Part shown: in pieces, positions 53,800 to 64,000 of the stretch
Numbering within the stretch: position 1 is the stretch's first letter
Layout: every line of letters begins with the position of its first letter
Made by a program: the position numbers and the translations under genes
Source: Bugula neritina
Taxonomy: Eukaryota; Animalia; Bryozoa
Direction: 5' to 3'
NCBI GenBank assembly: GCA_964035545.1
Contig: OZ037768.1
Coordinates: 5,860,741-5,924,740 of the forward strand
DNA length: 64,000 nucleotides
The notes under the pieces: model-generated
Database searches by the model: none
The model's input: the letters and a program-made list of their open reading frames with translations, nothing else
What the model was told of the DNA's origin: nothing

Positions 53800-55300
53800 G
53801 ATAGCAAAGCTAATAGTGATGGCACTAAACCACTTGTACAGTGTACTACTACTAGGTTACAAGTACTAGTAACTTTAGCAGCAATATCAATATGAATCTC
53901 ATTCTCTACTCCAACAAATAACTGACATGGACACCTACTCCCAGTGTAACCTCAATCTAAATAAAGTATACATACCTAAAATTGCTTGATCTGTAGCATC
54001 TGCTAGTGCTGTAGTACAGGATTGAAAGATGAACAACCACAACTAATACTATTGTCCACTCGGCACTCGTGTCACTCACAGTCCCTCCCGTGATTATGTA
54101 CGCCAGGTTTAGATTTAAGGTAAAACTTGAACTCAATCTCAAAGCCGAACAATTACAGTAACTCAAACTTTAACGCTAATTACTAATATCGAGTTCAACA
54201 GCAAGTGTGAGTAACACCAACTGAAACTTGCAACATCAACTTCGGGTTCAATTCTGACCTGATGCTTCCTTTCTTATCTTTGGTTTCAGAACATTAATAT
54301 GTCCAAATGACTTACAGCAATTACTATAAGCCATAAATAGCTAATCTTTTATGGACCCAAAACAGGAATTCGAGTCCTTCTGTCTTTTAATAGATTGATT
54401 TTATATTTGAGAAAAAGACCTAGCCATGCATAAGCTAATTCCATTTCTGTATGACACGATTGTTGCTTGAAATGTTGTTTGGGCTAGAAAGTGTAAAATG
54501 TTATTGCTACTTTGTGGACATATAATTTACCCAAACGTCATTATTTCAGTTACAGAAACTCAAACTATTTCAGCGTGCCCAGTAGTCAAGTTTATATAAC
54601 TTGATACAATTGCATGTTGAATGTGCAAGTTTATGAAGTTAAGCCATTGTGCAGATCTCAAGTATCAATATGTGTATCTGTATGAGTATTTTAATTATAA
54701 TAAACGTTAGTATTTACAACTACGTTTATTGTGTATATATTATATATTGATAAGCATTGTCATTGTGGTTAATTTCACTTTCGCTTACACTTAGTCTTAG
54801 TCTTACTCTTACAGTTACTAACTCTAAGTCTTACTGGTCTTAGTCAGTGTTATTGTTACTGTTAGTGTTACTGTTGGTGTTAGACTTAGTGTTACTGTTA
54901 GACTTAGAGTTAGTGATTACTGAGTAAATTACTCACTAGTCATTACTGATTATAATTATCATTGTCATTTTGATTGTGATACTCGTACTGATAGTCATAG
55001 TGAGTATATTAGACTTGCACTTTACACTTTGACTTGGTGTCTTAGTCTTACAGTTTGAGTTACTCATAGTCAGTTACCATTACTCATTACTGAAAGTGAA
55101 ACTGTTAGGGGTAGCTGATTACTGAATAGTGATTTGCACTTTGACACCGACAGTGACACCGACAGTGATCATGATGATGATGTGAGTGACTTTTAACTTT
55201 AACTTACAGTCACTGAAAGTGTAACAGTTACTGTTTGACTTGATGGGCATTATTATTATGATTATTTCAACTTGAATTTCAACTAGTTTTGATGATGTTT
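53800..55300. repeat. Degenerate 3/6-nt periodic tracts on both sides of a unique island (~54240-54700) between divergent TRPM and PMS2
   Basis: The right arm reads CTTAGT-CTTAGT-CTTACT-CTTACA-GTTACT and GTTAGT-GTTACT-GTTGGT-GTTAGA-CTTAGT. The left arm is more A/C-rich. Confidence 0.7.
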
Positions 55301-56782
55301 GCATTTTAAATTGTTATATTAATAGCTAAATTGCTCATAATTATTCACATTTTTATTGACTATGATAGTCTGGTTTTAGTTCATATTGATCATATTAGAT
55401 TTGATAGTACTGCCTCCTGTTTAAAAGATCTTCATCTGGCATATTGATATTAACGGTTGAAAATATTACTAAATAAAAATAAAATTGAATTAAAATAAAA
55501 AATAAAAGTATAATTTCAATTTGATGGTAGTTGAAAAACGTTGGGTTTACTTTTCTAAAGTTTAACTTGAAGAGTACATGATAAAATTCGGACTTCAAGT
55601 TGAAATATAGTTTAAATTTAGAGCTCATAATTTGATCTGTGACTGTTAGTACAAAGGTGTAAAGCAAAGCTTATCTCTAACCTACACTAAAACTTGAGTG
55701 AAAAACCTCAACGTGAATCAGCTACATTTTTATTAACTAGTAATTAGGCTTAAACCTAGCAGTAATTATTTTTGTACTCACCGTTTTCATCAGTTTGAAC
55801 ATTTTTGTACAAGTTCTCCTAAGCTCAATGCTATCATTGAACATTTTCAAAAGAATTATTTTAAAGAAATTACATCAATGTATATCTTATATATAGGTAA
55901 TAGTATTTTCAGTTCAATTTTAATCCACAGAGATAGTAATATCAGTTAAATGCAATACCCGATATTCATATACTTGATGACTTGACGTATGCAACTATTT
56001 AGCATGGGTATTATTAGACTGTGGATTAGTATTAATCACATCATTAGTATGCATGCCACGAAACTATATGTAGCAGTAAAAGGAAGTTTAGTTATACAAG
56101 TTTAGTGATAGCTATAACATTGTATATTTTAACGTTGCATAATAGATTCATTTTAATTGCAATTTTAATTTTAAAAACTGCATGTTTACGCTTTTGGTTC
56201 TCCACCCAATATTTCATTAATGGAAACATTTACAATAATCATTCCAATACATAAATTCCCTTATTGACTATGGTTTCTTATGCCTTGAAGTACAAGCTTG
56301 GTGTTGACATTCTTTTGTTGGATAAATATTAGGGTTTTTCCCAAACAAGCTGCGTTATCTCACATTTATATTGAAATTTTTGTTTATGTTTTTTCAAACA
56401 AATAAGCAGCTTTTTGGCACTATTTTCTATTTGTTTAGTCGAGAGCTGAATTTAAATCGTATACAGTAGTAAAAAATAAAGAACTGCCTGCCGAATGTGA
56501 GCCAAAAAAACATTGATTTTTAAAGAAAATTTATTTATGCCAGTTTGTAAGTTAGTAAAGTTAGTAAAAGACATGTTAATTTTATGATCCATCTACATGC
56601 AGAAAATATTTTGATTAAACTTTATCATATATAAAGTTCTCAACCTAATGTTCTAGTAATCAAATGCCATAAAGGTGTGTGCAGAAAGATGATGTGAAAA
56701 TGACCAGGTCCAATGTTGAGCATTTAGGTTTGATCTTTATTATGTTGTCTTCTGTATCTAAAGACCTTGCAAAAGCTGAATC

Positions 56783-59700
56783 ATGAATATTCAGCCAATA
56801 AATCAAGAAACGGTTCACAGAATATGCTCAAGCCAGGTGGTATTGACCTTGGCAGTAGCTGTGAAGGAGCTTGTTGAGAACGCCGTTGATGCAGGGGCCA
56901 CTTGCGTAGGTAAGTAGGTTTTGCCAAGTCTACTAATCACCTGGGTCTTTCATCAACAAGTTTAGGTGTATTTATATACTTTTTATACTCAATTTAGACT
57001 GGTTGAAAATCGAGTATTGTTTACTCTGTCAATTTGTAGAAATAAAGCTACGAGAGTATGGAATGAAGTTGATAGAAGTTACAGATAACGGAAATGGGGT
57101 TAAGGAAGAAGACTTTGCTGGCTTAAGTATGAGTCTTTACTTAAGGACATGTTAATTTGCTTAATTCTAATCAACTAATGTCTTGCATTATGTTATATCA
57201 CTATACTATGCTATACCTTGTTATTTAATATGGTTTATTTATTTTTATTACTGCATTATGCTCTTTGTTATACTGTGCTTATTTGACATAGTTGCCTGTT
57301 TTATTAGAGAATTAAAACCATCACTATTACTTTTGGACAGATTTTGCCTATTATATTCTACCCTAAACATTTATGTAGTGCTCTGGAGGGGGGGGGGGCG
57401 CACTTTTTATTGGTCAGTAAGTTTGCTGTCTGAATATGTTTAGCTCTGAAGCATCACACTTCTAAGATAAGAAAGTTTGAAGATTTGGCACATAATGTCC
57501 ATACATTCGGCTTTCGAGGTGAAGCGCTGAGCTCTCTGTGTGCATTGAGTAAGCTGACCGTTACTACGCGACACAAGGATGCTGACGTGGCTACCAAAAT
57601 ACAATACAATCACCAAGGACAGATTTTGCACAGGACATTGTGTGCCAGAAAGGTTAGCCAATGCCTAAATCTCAATATTATAGTATTTTGTTATAGTCTA
57701 AACGCATTCTGTGAAATTAACAAAATTATATGACTTTTGCTTATGCTTTGCGCTAAAACACAAGTGATAAAATTACTTAGGGAGGTCTATTTCTATTGGT
57801 CAAATCACTGAACCGCGTGCATGACAGGTAGTGATATATCTGCTTTCATCAGAGCATTATTAATGGATTGCGCAATCTAATTAGACAGAAAAATTTTTCC
57901 TCACTTTGCTGTGCTGGTAGAAACTGGTATGTTGTTTTTGTAGAAATGTCTTTAGGCAAAAGTTTTGTGTTTTACATGATCAAGAATAAATATTTGTCAA
58001 AGAGCCTTTTAAATGATCTATATTGTATTCTAATTGTTATTGCTTTAAACTTACAGCAACTGCTGTTCCTGGTATCTCTTGTCTGTCAACCCTGTATGCT
58101 TTAAAAACCTCATTGCACAAAATATTGTTTTTTCCTCATTAAATAGTACCAAGATAACTATTATGCCTATAAATTCTTTTTTCTGTGCTATCATTAAATA
58201 GAAAGATTACTTGTTTCAAGTTGTTAAGAAATTATGCTAATAAGCATTGTTATTTAATATTAAATTTTATCGTTCCTCCTCACCATATCATGTAAAAATA
58301 GGAACTAAATTCTGAGCTAACATCAAATTGAATAGGAACAAAAATTGTATTAAGATGTAACTTCTGTGTAGCATGTTTTGTAGACTGAATTGATTTGTAA
58401 TGATTATGTGACTTTAGATAGGAACTACGGTGGTGTTAGAAGACCTGTTCATCACCTTGCCGGTTAGACACAAGGAGTTTTGCAGGAGCATAAAGAAAGA
58501 GTTCTATAAGATGATGCAGATTCTCAATGCATACTGTATCATCAGTGCTGGAGTAAAGATATCCTGTTATAATACAGTAAAAGATGATGGGTGGGCATTT
58601 CAACTGGCATTTATTTGGTTGAAGTTTGGTTTTTATTAACAAATTTGTGGTATGTCCCTTTTTGTTTATTGCTTTTCTAAATATCCAAGGTTTGTGACAT
58701 AATTACTGTTTTTATAGACAGAAAAGTTTAGTGTTGTCAACAAATGGATCTCTGAACATGATAGAAAATATATCATCTGTTTTTGGCAGTAAACAAGTAA
58801 GGGGATGAATACATTATCAGTTAATTTTGTTGCCCTATCACAAGCTCGTAAATCAAACTTTTGTCTGTTTTTGTAAGATTTTGGTGAAACTATGACAGCT
58901 GAATAGTCTATAGTAACACATTGTCCAGCATTGTATCTTAAACAACGGACACTAGCATGCTTGAAGTTGGCTATTTAATGGTAGAGCTATTGTGCCACAT
59001 TTAAATTGATGACTCATTATATTATTGTTTGTCACACTTTGATCATGTGATTGAGTTTGTACAGGGTTAAGAAAGAGTAAAAAGCTATAGGCTGTATCTC
59101 TTATTGACTTCTAATTTCAGTCTAGTATCTTGAAAAGATTTGTACAAGTAACACCTTCATCAGACCACTTGGAAGAGTTTGGCAGTAAAATCTCGTTGGA
59201 AAACAATCCCCAGTTCAATGTCACGGGATACATATCCTCCTGTGAACATGGCCATGGAAGAGGCAGCATAGATAGACAATATTACTATGTGAATGGACGG
59301 CCGTGTGATCTAGACAAGGTGCGTAGCACTAAACACAATGATAATACGATTCTGTGCACTTTCAATTATAAGTTGGTGTTTTTAAGTTCATTTATCAAAA
59401 AGTATGTTCTCTTGAGTGTTGGAGGTAGAATAGTAGTGTTTTTATATATAGTTTTATGCAGTTTGAGAAGGAGAGGTTTTACAATGTAATGTAAAATCGC
59501 ACAGAACGGTGTTTAGCAAATTACTTACATACTTGTAGTTGTCGCGCCTCGTCAATGAAGTCTACCATCTTTACAATAAACTACAATATCCTTCTGTATT
59601 CCTGGATATTCAAATAGAAAGAGGTATGCACTTTATATGTAATTTGTAATCTGAAATAATTTTTGTGTAATTCGGTAAAAAAAGTGCTCAAAGTGTGCTG

Positions 59701-62700
59701 GTTACGAAGTTCTTTTGGTGGTTACGTAATATAATATGCTTATAGCTTTTATTTCTTATATTATTTAGCATTCTTATTGTTATTTATTGCATAAGTATTG
59801 TAGCCTTATAGTGAATGTGTAGGTTCAGATTTCAAGTTGAAATATACATAGATATGATAAATATACTTTTCTTTGCTTAACTCAGCATAAGAATGGCCAG
59901 TCTAAAATGTGTATCTGTTGTAGACACTATTTGCATTCAATTTTAAAAACATACTTTACAGTGCATGTGTGAGTGATTGATTACACTGGTAATATTTTCT
60001 AATGAGCAGGCAGTCTGAATCAAATAACTCTTTTTTGTAAAATTTGTTGACAGCCTATTAAGTTATATTTTATGTGATTGGAGTGTCAAATGTCGTTAGA
60101 GTATTTAGATTTTCTCATATGTTATTAGTGTAATGAGTATCGGTTCATAACGGTGTCAGTTTTCTGTTTGATCCACACAGGTGCAGCAGATGTGAATGTT
60201 ACACCTGATAAACGGAAGGTGTTCCTAGATTACGAGCCACTGCTTCTAGCAACAATTAAAGTATGTAAATTTTTATTTCATCTTCTACAGTTATTGTTTT
60301 TCTTGATTCAATTGTTTTACTGCCATAATAATAAAACAAGTAGCCATCACTTTAAGTAGCTATTCCTTGGTTGTTGACTAAGACGTATTGCTTCAATACC
60401 ATATAATAAACTGTGTTATATTTATGTATTAATATTCAACTATGACTTTTATGTTATCTAAAATATTTAATTTTTTGTCAATGTTACAATTTATCATTTG
60501 TCAAATTCTAATTGCAATTTCGGCAATAGAAGAATACATATTCTGTCAGATTTTATCTCTGCCAAACTGGCTGTAGAATAAAAACTACATTATGTAGTAT
60601 TCAAAATGGTTATCAATAATAAATTTAATATACTGAAATAAAATAATAAACAAACATTTATTGAGTTTACTAGCTGAGTAAAATACTATCATATCACAAT
60701 ATGTTACAGTAAGTTTTATAATACTGTTTACTAGGGCTCTCTCATCACCCTGTGGGAACCAGAAGCTTCACTCTACAGTCAACAAAATTTGCCTGAAATA
60801 GAAGCTAAAAAACACACCAGTACTGTGAGTTGAATTTATAATATTAATAGATATTTTTTTTTATGTTTGTATTCAACTTGCAGTCTGTTTACAGGTGATT
60901 GTTTGTTATATGTTAGCCAAACATACGTAGATTATAGAACGTTGAAGGTAAATTTGTTTACCAAAGTCCCCTATAGTCTTAGTTTTTGACAATGGCATAC
61001 CAAGTACATGTTTTATACCTCAACAGAGCTGTGTGCTGCAGAAATTCTGCCTTCTAAAAGAGCAGCTGCCTATCTACATACACAGTTTAATGCACCTTCT
61101 TAATAAGATTTAGTTTTTATCATTTTGAGGAATAGTATTTATTTCAAGGTGTGAACATGTCATATATATTGTGGCTGTGTGGTCCGGAGAATGATCTAGC
61201 ATAACGCATGTTCTGCTAGGTTGGGATTTAAACTCTTGAAAATTTCCTAAGTCATGTTGCCAAAATGATATGAGGGAAACTCTATTATGGTCCTTACAAA
61301 AGGTGTGAGTGCAAACTAAGTCGAGCCCTACACACAATTCGAAAAGATTTTACTTCTAAATTACCTTTTTCTGTTCGCTGCAGGTTTCAACAAAACCAAA
61401 AACTTGTGAAAAGCGGTCATTTTCTGAAATCTATTCAAAAGTTAAGCAGGAGAAAGATCAGAAGAAAAGTAAGTGCATATTCTTGGTTATTTTTATTTTT
61501 TTTAAATTGTTTTTTTTTCATTTTATAGATTATCCATATAATATAAATATGTAACTTTCTAAGCCATTGATCAGCTGAAACTACATTATGTAACATTGTT
61601 TTCTGCTTTTAAAGCAAAATATCTATTTTTTATAATCAATATTTACAAAAATAAAAAGTGTTAGTTGTAAAATCTGTTTTCTTCACATAATGTAGATTTT
61701 ACAGTGAATACTGTATAATGTTTTATATTTAATGTGACCGTGTTTTGACTCAGGATTGTGTCTCCAGTCTTTTGTACATAAACTGAAACGTGATCAGACC
61801 ATGGGCCCATTTGCTGTTGATAAAAGTTCCGAAGGGAAAATGGAAAAAACCTTCACCGTAGTTAGTGATGTCACTGTACCAAACAGCTCACTCAACACAG
61901 CACCACATGATGTCACTATACCAGACAGTTCACTCAACACAGTACATGACGTCACTGTACCAGACAGTTCACTCAACACAGTACCACATGACGTCACTGT
62001 ACCAGACAGTTCACTCAACACAGTACCACATGATGTCACTATACCAGACAGTTCACTCAACACAGTACCACATGATGTCACTATACCAGACAGTTCACTC
62101 AACACAGTACATGATGTCACTGTAACAGACAGTTCACTCAACACAGTGCATGACGTCACTGTACCAGACAGTTCACTCAACTCAGTGCATGACGCCACTG
62201 TGCCACTCTCGAAGTCATGTGATGATGAAGCCTGTGGTCCCTGTGACTTGGAGAGTGCTGATGAGTTATTCTGTGCCAGTCAATCATACGTTAGTTACCT
62301 AATTTTATTCTGTTGAAATATCCACAGTTATTGTTACAATGTAAATCAACAATGTTTATCGGTTCATTATTTAACTGAATAAATTTATTGTAGTTTATAT
62401 TAATGTATATCCATCATTGCATTGGACTATAATATTTGGAACATATTTTATACTTATGAGACCTTACATGTTGATTACTAGAGATATCAGTGGTAGTCTA
62501 ATCTTTATCAGTCAGCAACCCAATTCTTTCCATTTTAGCATTAGTTACTGCTCATGTGTTTCTTTAAAAGCCTGAAGTCATATTGCCAGTATAATTTACA
62601 TTCTATAGTCTGTCAAAAAAACAAAGTAGAGCATTTAATTCTACCAATTACTTTCACTTTTATTTGTTAAAAACGTAAAAGTGTGTACGCCATGAAAATT

Positions 62701-63834
62701 TAAAATAAGCAAATGATCATGAATGTAATTTGATGAAAGATTTACATATGTTTGTAGTGGTTAATAAATATTCAATGTATATTATTATGAATGCATATTT
62801 TTAAAATTATTCCCGAAGCTAAATAGACAAATATAATTAGGTTCAAAGAAAAAGTATAATATTTCGGCTATTGTATCTCCTGTTAGAAACTGGATGCACC
62901 AAACACCAGGCAAAGACAGGAGTTATCTGTCCAGTTTAGTCTACAGAGTATTAAAGACAGATACAGATCTTCAACAGATGCCAAGGCCAAGTCGTTGACC
63001 TGCCCTCTGTTTAGAGCTAAAATAACACCTGAGCAGAATACTGATGCTGAAAGTGAACTTAAAAAGTCCATCAGGTCAATAGTCAACCCTTGTATGAGTC
63101 ATATTAGAATTATTCATTAGTAAATATACTTAAATTATTATTATTGTAGTGCAATATCAATTAACAATGGTTGACTTATTTGATGAAGTAGTGAAAAAAT
63201 TACATTTCCCTTCATTATTAATGCCTTCCAGTGTCTTTTTTCTGACAGTTCTACTGATAATAGCAAGCTCTGCACATGTATCATTACACTGGTATATGCT
63301 ATGTTGAGTTGTTTGTATTTTGTCTACTCAATATGTAGATAGCATCTTTCAGTACACTTTGCATCAAAAGCTTGGGCAGTTAACGTCCTCGTAGAATTAT
63401 AAATATTTTTATTTATCTATACCACAGTATTGAGATACTGGCAATATGATTTAATTTCTTCAAAACGTTTGAAGTGTGAAATTACCCTGTCAACGTGAAA
63501 GCACTGCTTTTAGAGCCTGTAGACTGAGCTCTCTGTGTAGACTGAGCTCTCTGTGTAGACTGAGCTCTCTGTGTAGACTGAGCTCTCTGTGTAGACTGAG
63601 CTCTCTGTGCAGACTGAGCTCTCGGTGTAGACTGAGCTCTCGCACTTTTCTATCATTGTGTTACAGTAAATCAGATTTCAGCAAGATGGAAGTGTTGGGT
63701 CAATTTAATCACGGCTTCATAATCAGCAGACTACACGGTGATCTGTTCATCATTGATCAGCACGCAACAGATGAGAAATACAATTTTGAGATGCTACAGC
63801 AACATACAGTCATTAAAAGACAAGCTCTATTAAT
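56783..63834 (+). CDS. PMS2: Mismatch repair endonuclease PMS2 (MutL-alpha subunit), 3' end beyond the window
   Basis: Exons 56783-56909, 57040-57126, 57444-57652, 58418-58590, 58718-58796, 59121-59318, 59539-59623, 60181-60260, 60735-60824, 61384-61468, 61754-62289, 62887-63074, 63667-63834. Motifs: [63 protein letters not shown] and [12 protein letters not shown] (endonuclease motif). Confidence 0.97.
61864..62203 (+). repeat. Coding minisatellite (39/42-bp units) in the PMS2 linker
   Basis: 8 full units plus a partial unit encoding HDVT(V/I)PDSSLNTV(P). Confidence 0.93.
63518..63642. repeat. 18-bp minisatellite (TGTAGACTGAGCTCTCTG) x~7 in a PMS2 intron
   Basis: Near-perfect tandem units ending ~25 nt upstream of the acceptor at 63666. 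Confidence 0.93.
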
Positions 63835-64000
63835 GTAAGCATAATTGGCTTGTATTTACTCGTGTTATATTGTATTGTATCAAGACTCCATCAACATGAT
63901 TATAGTAGTTGTAAATAAAGTTAATCATTTATTTTGGTGTTATGGTACACACAGCTGAAAATAGAGGTGGTAATGTAGGCATTTAGATTGGTAGTTTTAG

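Noticed and set aside
61794-62198. Antisense and alternate-frame ORFs over the PMS2 repeat
   Set aside because: By-products of a tandem repeat whose unit length is a multiple of 3 and lacks stops.
63476-63666. ORF extension with (CRLSSL)n
   Set aside because: Intronic minisatellite; the PMS2 exon starts at the AG at 63665-63666, in phase with the previous exon.

Overview
AT-rich, intron-rich eukaryotic genomic DNA, inferred from gene content and intron structure to be a compact invertebrate animal genome; the species cannot be determined from the sequence. I assembled gene models by hand, checking GT-AG boundaries and exon phases. In order they are: the 3' part of ATG7 (+), DIMT1 (+), UBE2C (+), an unrecognised ~1025-aa protein with an N-myristoylation-type start and coiled-coil tail (-, 23635-10385), a secreted group III phospholipase A2 (+) nested antisense in an intron of that gene, RIC3 (+), an intron-containing tRNA-Ile(TAT) (+), a 32-exon TRPM1/3-like channel without a kinase domain (-), and the 5' part of PMS2 (+). 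Repeats include a ~1.3 kb non-autonomous TIR transposon, two copies of a tRNA-derived SINE and several mini/microsatellites. The main unexplained signals are: (1) degenerate 3/6-nt-periodic non-coding tracts clustered around gene 5' ends; (2) an unannotated TRPM exon with a (YADT)n repeat and clustered basophilic kinase motifs; (3) a divergent TRP box (WMFLR); (4) a coding minisatellite in the PMS2 linker; (5) the nested PLA2 / orphan host gene pair. There are no prokaryotic-type systems.
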